Virus record (IMG/VR): IMGVR_UViG_3300029240_000001
Direction: 5' to 3' (one strand)
Length of the DNA: 64,000 bases
Origin: a virus
The notes beneath the pieces are model-generated. The model saw only the letters and a list, made by a program, of their open reading frames with translations, was not told the DNA's origin and ran no database searches. The position numbers and the translations under genes are program-made. This document shows positions 34,773 through 44,893 of this stretch, in pieces (within the stretch, counting starts at the first letter, position 1; the number at the start of each line of letters is the position of its first letter).

Positions 34773-34940
34773 ATGACAGACAATAAAGAATTTGCAACAT
34801 GTAGTTGCTGTGGGAAAACCGTTAAAAAAGGGGATATGTATTTCGAGGCAGGGTTTTTTGACAGATATGAAATTGTAAATGGCGAATATGTATATAAAGG
34901 ATACGCGGTTTGTGAAGATTGCCATAATAACGGCAAGTAA
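34773..34940 (+). CDS. small zinc-ribbon protein
   Basis: ATG at 34773 after GAGGAG; CSCCGK...CEDCH. Confidence 0.5.
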   Translation: MTDNKEFATCSCCGKTVKKGDMYFEAGFFDRYEIVNGEYVYKGYAVCEDCHNNGK

Positions 34941-34967
34941 AAATAGAATTTATGGAGAAAAAATTGT

Positions 34968-35312
34968 ATGGATTATGAATTTCATGTAGGAGATTATGTT
35001 GAAACAAAGGATGGCACCATTGGTTATATCAGCTCTGTACGTGCCACTGGTGATGTATTGTGGATGTGTACTAGCGATGGCCATGGTTATCATGCAGGTC
35101 AAGAATATGGGATTATGCATAATGGTGGTTTTCCTTATCGCTATAACCGTATTGGCCAGTATACTTTTACATACCAAGATAAAAAGCTTAAAAAGTTGAC
35201 AAGTTATGGTTGGAATATGGGCGTATCTGGCGACGATCTTATTTCAAAAATCAACGAGCTTGTAGATACTGTAAATGAATTGAGGGAGAAAAATGGCAAG
35301 CAAGAAAAATAA
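34968..35312 (+). CDS. hypothetical protein
   Basis: GGAGAA RBS. Confidence 0.55.
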   Translation: MDYEFHVGDYVETKDGTIGYISSVRATGDVLWMCTSDGHGYHAGQEYGIMHNGGFPYRYNRIGQYTFTYQDKKLKKLTSYGWNMGVSGDDLISKINELVDTVNELREKNGKQEK

Positions 35313-35428
35313 GTTTAATAGATATGCACTTATATACTGTCGAATACGCTCCAAGCATCCAAATTGGAGCCATGGACAGATTAAATATTGTACTATATAT
35401 GCTTGGAGGAGAATTGGGAGACGGCAAA

Positions 35429-37351
35429 ATGATAAATAAAATTGAAAGAATCAAAGAGCTAACATCTTTGCTTAATAAAGCAGCAGATGCTTATTATAAC
35501 ACCGGCACTACAATTATGGAAGATCGTAAATATGATTCTCTCCTAGAAGAACTTCGCTCACTGGAGCAAGAGACTGGATTTGTTATGATGGCATCACCTA
35601 CTCATAAAGTTGGGTATGAAGTAAAATCGGAGCTACGGAAGGTTACTCATAATCACCCCATGCTATCTTTGGCGAAGACTAAAAACTGGAATGAGTTTAT
35701 CGAATATTTTGGAAGCAAAGATGTTATTGGTATGGAAAAGATGGATGGTCTTACTTGCTCACTTCGCTACATCAATGGCGAACTAGTATCGGCAGAAACT
35801 CGTGGCAATGGTGAGGTTGGAGAGGACATTCTTCATAATATTAAAACTGTAAAGACAGTTCCGCAGAAGATTCCATATAAGGATGAACTCATTATTGATG
35901 GCGAAATTATTTGCACATATCAGGATTTTGAGCCATTTTCTACAGAATACAAGAATCCCAGAAACTTTGCATCTGGCAGCATCAGATTACTCGATTCAAA
36001 TGAGTGTGCAAAAAGACCACTAACTTTTGTGGTTTGGAATATAGTTAAAGGCTTTGATGATGAGAATAGTTTCTTACGTAAGCTAGTACTTGCTGACGGA
36101 TTAGGTTTTACTGTTGTTCCGTGGACTAGTTCTTTTGATTGGGATGCGAAGGAATTTTTGGTCAATAAGGCTAAGAAGCTTGGATACCCAATTGATGGTT
36201 TGGTTGGACGCTTTGGTGATATTAAGTATGGGGAGAGCCTTGGAGCAACATCACATCATAGTAATGCAGCTTACGCATTTAAATTCGGTGATGAAACTTA
36301 TGAAACGGTACTAAGAGATGTTGAGTGGAATACGACAAGAACCGGAATTATTGCTCCAGTAGCCGTTTTCGATGAGGTTGACCTAGACGGAGCCTTGACT
36401 ACAAGAGCTACACTTCACAACCTTTCCATTATTGAGCAACTTGAGCTTGGTATTGGAGATACTATTACGGTGTACCGTAGCAATATGGTGATTCCTAAAG
36501 TTTATGACAATCTAATTCGTAGCAATACACTAACAATTCCAAATACGTGTCCTTGTTGTGGAGAGCCTACTGAAATTAAATATACTGATAATAGTAAAGT
36601 TCTCATGTGTACTAATCTAAATTGTGCAGCAAAGAAGTTGGCACAGTTTACGCATTTTGTAAGTCGTAAAGCAATGAGCATTGATGGTCTATCAGAGAAG
36701 ACACTTGAGCTGCTAATTTCCCATGGATTTTTGCATAATTATAAGGACATTTATCGTTTGAAAGAACATAAGAATGAAATTACACAACTGCCGGGGATGG
36801 GGGTAAAATCTGTAGATAAACTGCTAGATTCTATTGAAAAATCAAGGACAGTAACGCTTGATAGATTTATTACTGCGCTTGGTATTCCTAATATTGGCTC
36901 TTCTGCGGCAAAAGCTATTAGTAAGCAATTTAATGGAGACCATTATGATTTTGTACAAGCATTAGCTAATGGATATGATTTTTCGCAAATTGATGATTTC
37001 GGAGAAATTACAAATAAGTCAATTCATGATTGGTGGAATAGCAAAGATCCAATGGTTGAATTGCTTCCTGTTGAGATGAACTTTGTCGTTGAAAATGATG
37101 TTAGTTCTAGTTCCAGTCTTAATGGTAAAAGTTTCTGCATTACAGGAAGTCTTACACATTATGCCAATAGGGATGTACTTGTTAAAGCCATTGAAGACAA
37201 TGGCGGCAAATATGTATCTGGAGTGAGCAAGAAGACTGACTATCTTATTAATAATGATACCACAAGCACAAGCGGCAAGAATAAGAAGGCTATTGAATTA
37301 AATATTCCAATTATTAGCGAGGACGATTTTCTTAAAATGCTATCAGAATAA
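35429..37351 (+). CDS. ligA: NAD-dependent DNA ligase
   Basis: N-terminal Ia-like LNKAADAYYN, adenylation motif EKMDGL, four-Cys zinc finger CPCCG...C..LNC, HhH region and C-terminal BRCT-like domain. The ATG at 35429 fits the family length better than 35324. Confidence 0.85.
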   Translation: MINKIERIKELTSLLNKAADAYYNTGTTIMEDRKYDSLLEELRSLEQETGFVMMASPTHKVGYEVKSELRKVTHNHPMLSLAKTKNWNEFIEYFGSKDVIGMEKMDGLTCSLRYINGELVSAETRGNGEVGEDILHNIKTVKTVPQKIPYKDELIIDGEIICTYQDFEPFSTEYKNPRNFASGSIRLLDSNECAKRPLTFVVWNIVKGFDDENSFLRKLVLADGLGFTVVPWTSSFDWDAKEFLVNKAKKLGYPIDGLVGRFGDIKYGESLGATSHHSNAAYAFKFGDETYETVLRDVEWNTTRTGIIAPVAVFDEVDLDGALTTRATLHNLSIIEQLELGIGDTITVYRSNMVIPKVYDNLIRSNTLTIPNTCPCCGEPTEIKYTDNSKVLMCTNLNCAAKKLAQFTHFVSRKAMSIDGLSEKTLELLISHGFLHNYKDIYRLKEHKNEITQLPGMGVKSVDKLLDSIEKSRTVTLDRFITALGIPNIGSSAAKAISKQFNGDHYDFVQALANGYDFSQIDDFGEITNKSIHDWWNSKDPMVELLPVEMNFVVENDVSSSSSLNGKSFCITGSLTHYANRDVLVKAIEDNGGKYVSGVSKKTDYLINNDTTSTSGKNKKAIELNIPIISEDDFLKMLSE

Positions 37352-37357
37352 AATTTA

Positions 37358-37385
37358 GGGGAGAACTTATCTCCCCATTTTTTAT
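37358..37385 (+). terminator. rho-independent terminator
   Basis: GGGGAGA-ACTTA-TCTCCCC followed by ATTTTTTAT. Confidence 0.8.
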
Positions 37386-37397
37386 GCATTTAACTAC

Positions 37398-37426
37398 TTG
37401 ACAAATCAAAATTTTGTGATATTATA
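37398..37426 (+). promoter_or_regulatory. sigma-A type promoter
   Basis: TTGACA, spacer AATCAAAATTTTGTGAT, ATTATA. Confidence 0.6.
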
Positions 37427-37437
37427 TGTATAGTTGA

Positions 37438-37454
37438 ACAATACAAAATTATAG
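37438..37454 (+). promoter_or_regulatory. conserved element copy in a 5' leader
   Basis: ACAATACAAAATTATAG followed by TTAAGGAG. Confidence 0.6.
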
Positions 37455-37465
37455 TTAAGGAGTTG

Positions 37466-37642
37466 ATGCATGATATGATTGAATATAATAATTGCTGTGT
37501 CGCATGTGGTGAAATTATTCCTGAAGGAAGACAGGTTTGCCCATTGTGCGAGAGGAAATATGAACTTAAAGATAATACGACTGATAATATTCAGAAAAAA
37601 CAAAACACATTTGTAAATTACATTAAAAAATATTTTATTTAA
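37466..37642 (+). CDS. small zinc-ribbon protein (58 aa)
   Basis: AAGGAG RBS; CCVACG...CPLCE. Confidence 0.5.
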   Translation: MHDMIEYNNCCVACGEIIPEGRQVCPLCERKYELKDNTTDNIQKKQNTFVNYIKKYFI

Positions 37643-37658
37643 GAAAGGATTTTACATT

Positions 37659-37901
37659 ATGGAGAAGAACAACATGAACAATCAGAACGCGACGCTAATG
37701 GTTACTAGTCTAGAGGATAATGGCGACTATATCCTCTCGTATATTCCGCTGTCTATTGACATGGATCTGCTTCAGCATATTCTAGCTGAGGGCAAGAGCA
37801 CTAATAGCGAAGTCGTGCAGTACGTGCTAGATTGTGACGAAAAGACTTATTGGAAGGATATGTGGGAGAGTTTCAAGGAGGAGCCAGAGAATGACGCATA
37901 A
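37659..37901 (+). CDS. hypothetical acidic protein
   Basis: AAAGGA RBS. Confidence 0.5.
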   Translation: MEKNNMNNQNATLMVTSLEDNGDYILSYIPLSIDMDLLQHILAEGKSTNSEVVQYVLDCDEKTYWKDMWESFKEEPENDA

Positions 37902-38136
37902 GCTTTATTTTTATAATAGTTATCACGAGGCACGAGAGCTTGCTACATTTGAGGATGGCCTAACTGACGAAGAAGTGCGTAAGGCTGCGTATAAAGAAAT
38001 TACAAAGTTTTGCAATGAACGTTACTTCGCAATTTATTATACGAGAATGTGGAATGCCGCAGGAGATACTATTATTGACGTAGGAAGCCATACCGAATTC
38101 TTTCACATTTCTCCTGCAGTGAGTATTGCCGAGTAA
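37891..38136 (+). CDS. hypothetical protein
   Basis: ATG at 37891 after AAGGAGGAG. Confidence 0.5.
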   Translation: MTHKLYFYNSYHEARELATFEDGLTDEEVRKAAYKEITKFCNERYFAIYYTRMWNAAGDTIIDVGSHTEFFHISPAVSIAE

Positions 38137-38139
38137 TAT

Positions 38140-38156
38140 ACAATACAAAATTATAT
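38140..38156 (+). promoter_or_regulatory. conserved element copy just upstream of an RBS
   Basis: ACAATACAAAATTATAT followed by AGGAGG. Confidence 0.6.
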
Positions 38157-38170
38157 AGGAGGTTGGTTGA

Positions 38171-38356
38171 ATGAGTAAAAAGTGTACGTGCGCTTATTGT
38201 AAGTGAAAGCTGAATAAAGAAGATGCGTTCGTAAAGCATGCTGGTAAACATAATACATATTATTGCTCGGAAGAGCACTATAAATATGCAGTAGATCGCA
38301 AGAAGAAAAGAGAGGAATTTAAGAAAAGACAGGCTATGAAAAGTGGTGAGGTTTAA
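38171..38356 (+). pseudogene. zinc-finger ORF interrupted by an in-frame TGA at codon 12 (pseudogene or recoded)
   Basis: AGGAGG RBS. Translation MSKKCTCAYCK-TGA-KLNKEDAFVKHAGKHNTYYCSEEHYKYAVDRKKKREEFKKRQAMKSGEV. The TAA stop abuts the next gene. Confidence 0.5.
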
Positions 38357-39499
38357 TTGGAGCTAACAGATGGACAGAAGAAAGGACTAGAGGTAGCTTG
38401 CCAGCGGTATAAAGAACATAAGCCATATACTGTTATTGCTGGATATGCTGGAACAGGAAAAACTACTTTAGTTCATTTTATTATTCAAGAACTAGGATTG
38501 CATGAAAACCAAGTTGTTTTTGTGGCATACACTGGTAAAGCCGCTCTTGTGCTTAAACAAAAGGGGAACAAGAATGCAATGACTGCACATAAGTTGCTTT
38601 ATCATTCTGAAGAGTTACCAGATGGCACATATAGACACACTCCTAGAGTAAAATTAGAGAAGAAATATAGTCTTGTTGTTGTTGATGAAGCAAGTATGTT
38701 GCCACAAGAAATGATTGATTTGCTATTGTCTCATCATGTACACACTATATTCCTTGGGGATCCAATGCAATTGCCACCAATTGATAGTGAACAAACTATT
38801 TTAGATCATCCACACGTATTCCTTGATGAGATTGTGCGGCAAGCACTTGAAAATCCTATCATTAAACTGTCAATGGATATTCGAAATGGCAAGAGACTTG
38901 CATATAGCACTGATGATAAAAGATGTAGGATTATTCATAGAGAAAAAGCATCAGACAAATTGTTGCTTGGTGCAGACCAGATTCTATGTGGCAAGAATAA
39001 AACTCGTCATGAATTAAATGAATATATGCGCAGATTAATTCTTGGAAATAATTATGGCAACGAGCCAGTTAATGGTGACAAGGTTATTTGTCTCAAGAAT
39101 CATTGGAATACTGTAAATAGCATTGGTAATGAGCTTGTTAATGGGACAATTGGAGAATTGTATAATATTTCTATAAAAGAGGTTCCTCCTTATGGTCAAG
39201 TCATTTATGCTAATTTTATTTCAGATGATGGTGGAATCTATAGAAATTTAATGATTGATTATAATTTAATAGTCAATGGGCAACCAACAATTAATTCAGA
39301 AAATTGGAAAAAGTTTTCTGGATATCCAAAACCATTTGAATTTGCTTTTGGGTATGTAATTACTTGTCACAAAGCAGAAGGATCACAATATGATAAAGTT
39401 GTGGTGTTTGATGAGGCGTTTGGGGACAACGATATGAAAAGACGATGGAGATATACGGCATACACAAGATCAGCAAAACAACTCGTTGTTATTATGTGA
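38357..39499 (+). CDS. RecD/Dda-like SF1 DNA helicase
   Basis: TTG start; GYAGTGKTT, VVVDEASML, ITCHKAEGSQYD, YTAYTRS. Confidence 0.75.
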   Translation: MELTDGQKKGLEVACQRYKEHKPYTVIAGYAGTGKTTLVHFIIQELGLHENQVVFVAYTGKAALVLKQKGNKNAMTAHKLLYHSEELPDGTYRHTPRVKLEKKYSLVVVDEASMLPQEMIDLLLSHHVHTIFLGDPMQLPPIDSEQTILDHPHVFLDEIVRQALENPIIKLSMDIRNGKRLAYSTDDKRCRIIHREKASDKLLLGADQILCGKNKTRHELNEYMRRLILGNNYGNEPVNGDKVICLKNHWNTVNSIGNELVNGTIGELYNISIKEVPPYGQVIYANFISDDGGIYRNLMIDYNLIVNGQPTINSENWKKFSGYPKPFEFAFGYVITCHKAEGSQYDKVVVFDEAFGDNDMKRRWRYTAYTRSAKQLVVIM

Positions 39500-39524
39500 T
39501 ATTTGACGATTGAGGAGTAAATGA

Positions 39525-40295
39525 ATGGCAAATTTTATAGATATGACTGGATGGAAAATGTGGGAACATGGAGTGCCAGATAGTAGATTGACAGTAATTG
39601 AAAGGACAAATGATTATATAAGTCCTCAAGGAAGGCATCGCATAATGTGGAAGTGTGAATGCAACTGTCAAGAACATGGAGTAGTAATTACTTCTACAGA
39701 TCAAATAAAGTCTGGACGCACGAAATCATGTGGATGCCTGCAAAGAGAATCTTTAAAATATGTACACGAAAATAATAAAAAGCGATGTAAGTATGATGTT
39801 ACTTCTTTTAACTATGGTGTTGGATGGACTATAAATACTAATCGTGAATTTTATTTTGATTTAGAAGATTATGACAAAATAAAAGATTATTGCTGGAGAG
39901 AAGAAATAGATCATACTAACTATCATTTTTTAGGGACAAATATTAATCATAAACATACCATCATGTCGTGGTTAATTGTAGGAAAGTTTTATGATCATAT
40001 AGACAGAAATCCTTTTAACAATAAAAAAGATAATTTACGGAAATCTAACTCATCTGAAAATGCAAGAAATAGAACCGTCCCTAGTAATAATACATCTGGA
40101 ATTATAGGTGTACATTGGAGCAAATATTACAATGCTTGGGTTGCACAAATTGGCTTTGAAGGAAGAAGAATATGGCTTGGAAAATTTACAGAGAAAGAAG
40201 AAGCTATTCGGACACGTCTAAAAGCAGAATTAAAATATTTTGGAAACGAATTTGCACCGCAACGTCATTTGTTTAAAAAATATGGTATTGAATAA
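39525..40295 (+). CDS. HNH homing endonuclease with AP2 DNA-binding domain
   Basis: HIDRNPFNNKKDNLR; SGIIGVHWSKYYNAWVAQIGFEGRRIWLGKF. Confidence 0.75.
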   Translation: MANFIDMTGWKMWEHGVPDSRLTVIERTNDYISPQGRHRIMWKCECNCQEHGVVITSTDQIKSGRTKSCGCLQRESLKYVHENNKKRCKYDVTSFNYGVGWTINTNREFYFDLEDYDKIKDYCWREEIDHTNYHFLGTNINHKHTIMSWLIVGKFYDHIDRNPFNNKKDNLRKSNSSENARNRTVPSNNTSGIIGVHWSKYYNAWVAQIGFEGRRIWLGKFTEKEEAIRTRLKAELKYFGNEFAPQRHLFKKYGIE

Positions 40296-40312
40296 ACAAT
40301 ACAAAATTGTTA
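40296..40312 (+). promoter_or_regulatory. conserved element copy (ACAAT-N5-ATTGT form)
   Basis: ACAATACAAAATTGTTA followed by TGAAAGGAGG. Confidence 0.55.
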
Positions 40313-40330
40313 TGAAAGGAGGAGGATGTA

Positions 40331-43300
40331 ATGTTTATTAATTTACATGTCCACAGTGCGATTGGTTCTCTTCTGGATTCAATTCTTACAGTAGAACAAG
40401 CTGTAAAATATGCAGCAGATAATGGTCAAAGTCATATTGCTCTAACAGACCATGGGACAATGCATGGATTTGTTGAACAGGTTAAACTATGCAAGAAATA
40501 TGGAGTAAAACCGATTGTTGGTTGTGAAATTTATGAAGTTGACAATTATCTTGAAAAGAATGATTCAAAAGAATATACTCAGCCAAGATATCATTTAGTT
40601 CTTCTCGCATCAAAGCAAGTAGGGCTTCAGAACCTATTTAAAATTGTTAGTGAAGCTGCAACAACAGGCATGTATAAAAAGCCACGTATATCTATTAATT
40701 GGATTAAAGAGCACAATCTTGGCGAAGGGATTATTTGTTTAACTGCATGTCAAGTTGGCCGTCTTAGTAGATATCTTGAAAATGAAATGTATGATGAAGC
40801 AGAAGAATTTGTAAATCTTTTAAAAGACACATTTGATTATGTTGCATGTGAAATTCAATCACATAAAACTGAACAGCAATTAAAGTGCAATACATTAATT
40901 TATCAGTTTGCAAGACATATGAATATGCCATATGTTATTACTACTGATGCGCATATGTTAAGTGCAAATCAAATTGATACACATTCCATTTTTGTCTCTA
41001 TTGGTGAAGGTCGAGAAACAGGAGAAACGTATGTTGGATGTCATTTGCAAAATGAGCAAGATGTTTTTCAGTATCTCGGAGATTGGATGCTTGAACGAGT
41101 AGTCCAACAAGGTATTGATGAGACAGTACATATTGCAAATATGATTGATGATGATATTGACTATGGTCTTGACCATGGGAATATTATGCCAACAATTAAT
41201 GTTCCAGAAGAGTTTTCTTCTCATGAAGACTATCTTCATTATCTTGTCTTTGAAAAGTTTGATAATAAATTCGGATGGATGAACGAAGAAGATCAAAAGA
41301 TAAGACGAGAAAGACTTGAAAAAGAATTACCTGTCATTAATGCGCTCGATTACACAGATTATTTTATTATGCTTCATATGATTGCAGAGGCGGCAGACGC
41401 AAGACAACTACCAAGAGGATATAGTCGCGGCTCTGGTGCAAATTGTTTATGTTTATTTATGCTTGGTGTTACTCAGATAGATTCAATACGTTGGGATTTG
41501 GATTTTTCACGTTTTGCAAATCTTGGAAGAAAAGGTAGCCTTGCAGACTTCGATTGGGATATTAGTAAACGTAGACGAAAAGAAATCATAGAGATCTCAG
41601 AGGAGCTTTTTGGAAAAGAAAATGTTGCGCCAATTGCTACTTTTAATACACTAGCTACAAAAGTGGCAATTCGTGATATTGGAAAAGTGCTTAATGAAAG
41701 ACAAGATTCTCCATACTTTGGACAAATTCCTTATAGCCTTCGTGATGAAGTCACTAAAATGATTCCTACTGTTAAGACACTAAGTGACCTAGGTGAAGAA
41801 GTAGAAAAGGACGTATTACTTAAAGAACTTGTTGGCAAAGACGAGAAACTAAATGAAGTTTATAAAAAGTTCCCATTATGGTTTAAGTATGTAATGGAGC
41901 TAGAGGGACTTCCTAAGAGCAGAGGTCGTCACGCCGCAGGAACATTGATTACTCCACATCCTGTTATCAATTATTGTCCATTGTGCCTAGACAATGAGAA
42001 AAATCCTATGATTCAATTAGAGATGCATGCAGCAATGGATGATCTCGGATTGGTTAAAATGGACTATCTAGGACTAGAAACACTAGATGTCATAGATGAC
42101 GCATTAAAAATGGCGCATTTAACATGGGAAGATGTAGATATTAATCACCTCAACTTGGAAGAACAAAGAGTTTATGATGAAATCTATAAGAGTGGAAATA
42201 CTGTAGGAGTATTCCAATTTGAATCTGCTGAAGCAAAAAAGATGTGCATTGATGCACAAGCAGACAACATAGAAGACATTATTGCAATTAATGCAAGCAA
42301 TCGTCCCGGAACAAAAAACAGTTTTCCTGATTATTGCAAAAACAAATTATATCCAGATGAAACAGTAGTTATACATCCAGACTTAAAAACTCTATTTTCA
42401 AAGACACATTCTATTCTTTTATATCAGGAAGACGCTCTGCATTTGCTTGCATATGCTGGATTCTCTGAGGAAGCACAAGACACTGGACGAAGAGCAATTG
42501 GAAAGAAGAAAAAAGATGTGATGGCGTCTTTGTATACTCAATTCCATGAAGGATTAATTAAAAAACAATGGACAGAACAACAGATTAAAGATATGTGGGC
42601 GTTACTTGCTAAACAAGCAGAGTATAGCTTTAACCGTGGGCATGCGGTTGCTTATTCATTATTAGCATATCTTACATCTTGGCTAAAAACATTTTATCCA
42701 GTTGAATTTCTCACAGCGGTTCTAACAGCGAAATCAGGCAATACGGCAAAATTAAGTGTAATCATTAATGAGTGTCATAGACTTAATATTAAAGTTCTTC
42801 CACCAAAAATTAATGAATCAACACTTACATTTAAGGCTAAGCCTGAATCAAAAGAAATACTTTTTGGATTTGGAGCAGTAAAAGGCATTGGCGAATCAGT
42901 CATCACTAAAATTATTGAGAATCAACCATATAGCAGCTTTAATGATTATATATCAAAAATTTCCGATAAGTCTGCTACAATTGCTTTGATAAAAGCGGGA
43001 GCCTTCCCAACTTCTAATAAAATGAAGTTAATGAAAAGATATGCGTCTTTATCATATGAGAGAAAAGAATATAAACCAGTTCAATCATATGGGACGAAAG
43101 CAAAACTTTTGATTGAATGGGACATTAACGTAGATGATTATAAGGTTGGCAAAAAAGTAGATAAAGAGACTGTATTGCAATTGTATAATGAGAAGCGCAA
43201 AGAAAAGTTTGATAAAGAGCAAGAGCAAAAATATAAAGCTTATATGGAAGACTTCAAACAAAAATATGCAAAAGATCCATTCCTATGGGAATATGAAAGT

Positions 43301-43654
43301 CTATCAATGTTTTTGACAGACAACCCACTACAAGAAGGAGTAGATTTAATTAATGCCAACTGGGATGATGCTCCAAATGGAGAAAAAACAGTTGTATTGT
43401 GTGTAATATCAGATATTAAACGTAAGAAAGATAAAAACAATAATCAATTTGCATATTTAGACTTAATTACTTCTGACAGGATTATTGAAGCAACTATTTG
43501 GAGCAAACAGTTAAAAGAATATTTCGGCCTCATTGCAAAGGGCAAGTGCCTTGCGATCCTTGGAAGAAAAGAAGACGATCATTTGTTTGTTGAACGAGTA
43601 AAACCATATACAGTATGGCTAGAAAAAATTAAACGAACAAAATCAGTCTATTGA
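40331..43654 (+). CDS. dnaE: DNA polymerase III alpha subunit (DnaE-type, PHP domain)
   Basis: INLHVHSAIGSLLDS PHP motif; GRHAAG; 1107 aa. Confidence 0.85.
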   Translation: MFINLHVHSAIGSLLDSILTVEQAVKYAADNGQSHIALTDHGTMHGFVEQVKLCKKYGVKPIVGCEIYEVDNYLEKNDSKEYTQPRYHLVLLASKQVGLQNLFKIVSEAATTGMYKKPRISINWIKEHNLGEGIICLTACQVGRLSRYLENEMYDEAEEFVNLLKDTFDYVACEIQSHKTEQQLKCNTLIYQFARHMNMPYVITTDAHMLSANQIDTHSIFVSIGEGRETGETYVGCHLQNEQDVFQYLGDWMLERVVQQGIDETVHIANMIDDDIDYGLDHGNIMPTINVPEEFSSHEDYLHYLVFEKFDNKFGWMNEEDQKIRRERLEKELPVINALDYTDYFIMLHMIAEAADARQLPRGYSRGSGANCLCLFMLGVTQIDSIRWDLDFSRFANLGRKGSLADFDWDISKRRRKEIIEISEELFGKENVAPIATFNTLATKVAIRDIGKVLNERQDSPYFGQIPYSLRDEVTKMIPTVKTLSDLGEEVEKDVLLKELVGKDEKLNEVYKKFPLWFKYVMELEGLPKSRGRHAAGTLITPHPVINYCPLCLDNEKNPMIQLEMHAAMDDLGLVKMDYLGLETLDVIDDALKMAHLTWEDVDINHLNLEEQRVYDEIYKSGNTVGVFQFESAEAKKMCIDAQADNIEDIIAINASNRPGTKNSFPDYCKNKLYPDETVVIHPDLKTLFSKTHSILLYQEDALHLLAYAGFSEEAQDTGRRAIGKKKKDVMASLYTQFHEGLIKKQWTEQQIKDMWALLAKQAEYSFNRGHAVAYSLLAYLTSWLKTFYPVEFLTAVLTAKSGNTAKLSVIINECHRLNIKVLPPKINESTLTFKAKPESKEILFGFGAVKGIGESVITKIIENQPYSSFNDYISKISDKSATIALIKAGAFPTSNKMKLMKRYASLSYERKEYKPVQSYGTKAKLLIEWDINVDDYKVGKKVDKETVLQLYNEKRKEKFDKEQEQKYKAYMEDFKQKYAKDPFLWEYESLSMFLTDNPLQEGVDLINANWDDAPNGEKTVVLCVISDIKRKKDKNNNQFAYLDLITSDRIIEATIWSKQLKEYFGLIAKGKCLAILGRKEDDHLFVERVKPYTVWLEKIKRTKSVY

Positions 43655-43679
43655 CAATACTAAATTATTGTGGTATAAT
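43651..43679 (+). promoter_or_regulatory. consensus sigma-A type promoter with palindromic element
   Basis: TTGACA (overlaps the dnaE TGA), 17-nt spacer, TATAAT. ACAATACTAAATTATTGT at 43654-43671. Confidence 0.75.
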
Positions 43680-43711
43680 TGGCACGTAATTAAAAGAAAG
43701 GAAGTGCGCAT

Positions 43712-44059
43712 ATGGACGAGAACAACAATTACGAACAGACTAATAGCATGGAGGAGCAGAGCCCTCCAGCGGCAGAAATGACAGACGATGCTCTTAAAGA
43801 AGTAATTAAAACGCAGCTAGAGAAAGTGCAGATGGCGGCTTTGCTCAGTGGCTCGAAAGCAATCTGTGGCGTTGTGCTTCAGTACATCGCGGAGTTCAAG
43901 CGTCAACCGGGCAAGAAGTCAGCGAATGATTACAAGCGACTAATTAAGAAGATTGAACATTTTTGCTCAATTAGTCTGGGCAAGGACATTAACGAGAATG
44001 GTGATATTGTTGATGTCAAGAAGGAAGAAGAGAATACTTCCGAACCAGAGCAGGATTAA
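43712..44059 (+). CDS. hypothetical acidic protein
   Basis: AAAGGAAG RBS. Confidence 0.55.
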   Translation: MDENNNYEQTNSMEEQSPPAAEMTDDALKEVIKTQLEKVQMAALLSGSKAICGVVLQYIAEFKRQPGKKSANDYKRLIKKIEHFCSISLGKDINENGDIVDVKKEEENTSEPEQD

Positions 44060-44075
44060 TAATACAAAATTATTG
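44059..44075 (+). promoter_or_regulatory. conserved element copy just upstream of an RBS
   Basis: ATAATACAAAATTATTG fused to GAGG. Confidence 0.5.
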
Positions 44076-44084
44076 GAGGCAACT

Positions 44085-44660
44085 ATGCAGAAGTTTACTG
44101 TTGCTCTAGATTGTGATGAGGTACTTAATAATCTCATTGAGAAAACGCTAGAGCTATATAACACGAGACATGGCACAGGACTAACGGCAGACATTTTCAC
44201 GCAATATGATTTTTATAAATGCCTTCCATTTGAAATTGCAGAAGAGCTAACTTCTATCTTCATGGAGAAAGAGCTGTGGGACTCACTATCCCCAGCTCCT
44301 GACTCTCAGTGGGGAGTTAAGAAGCTAATTGATAATGGGTATGACGTCTATGTTGCAACAGCAACGCATTATTCAAATTTTGCGTGGAAAGTTGATTGGT
44401 TCGCCAAGAACTTCCCATTTATTGACCAGAAACATATTATCTGTATTCAAAACAAGTCGCTATTGCATGTAGATGTACTTGTTGATGATTGTGCAGAGAA
44501 TCTAATGGCTACAAATTATGCGGTTGATAGAGTGCTTCTTGACAAGCCATGGAATCGAAACGTGCATGACGATGTGTATGGAATTTACAGAACTAATAAC
44601 TGGGAAGAAATTGTAGAGTATGTGAATGAACTATATAAAGAAAACCAATACGATATTTAA
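44085..44660 (+). CDS. 5'(3')-deoxyribonucleotidase (HAD, NT5C-like)
   Basis: ALDCDEVL gives the DxDxV motif. ATG at 44085 after GGAGG. Confidence 0.65.
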   Translation: MQKFTVALDCDEVLNNLIEKTLELYNTRHGTGLTADIFTQYDFYKCLPFEIAEELTSIFMEKELWDSLSPAPDSQWGVKKLIDNGYDVYVATATHYSNFAWKVDWFAKNFPFIDQKHIICIQNKSLLHVDVLVDDCAENLMATNYAVDRVLLDKPWNRNVHDDVYGIYRTNNWEEIVEYVNELYKENQYDI

Positions 44661-44689
44661 GCTTTAATATTTTGAAAGGAGTTATGCCT

Positions 44690-44893
44690 ATGGTAGTGCT
44701 TTATAGTACTCATTGTCCAAGATGCTGTATGATTGAAAAGAAGCTTCGCAACAAAGGCATTGAGTTTGAACTATTTGATGATGCTAACGCTATGCTAGAG
44801 AAGGGGTTTAAGGAAGTTCCAAAACTAGAAGTGGATGGCAAACTAATGGATTTTAAGGAAGCGAATGAGTGGGTTAATGGGGTGGTGAATTAA
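44690..44893 (+). CDS. nrdH: glutaredoxin-like protein (NrdH-like)
   Basis: VVLYSTHCPRCCMIEKKL (CxxC motif); immediately upstream of nrdD. Confidence 0.6.
   Translation: MVVLYSTHCPRCCMIEKKLRNKGIEFELFDDANAMLEKGFKEVPKLEVDGKLMDFKEANEWVNGVVN

Noticed and set aside
35324-35428. Upstream extension of ligA from 35324, and similar long N-terminal extensions in the ORF track (43953 for the nucleotidase, 23495 for kinase-HD, 32128 for LAGLIDADG)
   Set aside because: The extensions overlap the preceding gene or lack an RBS. Internal ATGs preceded by GGAGG-type sites give family-typical N-termini.
38171-38356. Genome-wide TGA reassignment or selenocysteine as the explanation for the in-frame TGA
   Set aside because: Many well-supported genes end at TGA (for example nrdD, dnaE and 12598..12942). 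I found no UCA-anticodon tRNA and see no SECIS-like hairpin after the TGA. Only local read-through, mutation or sequencing error remain plausible.
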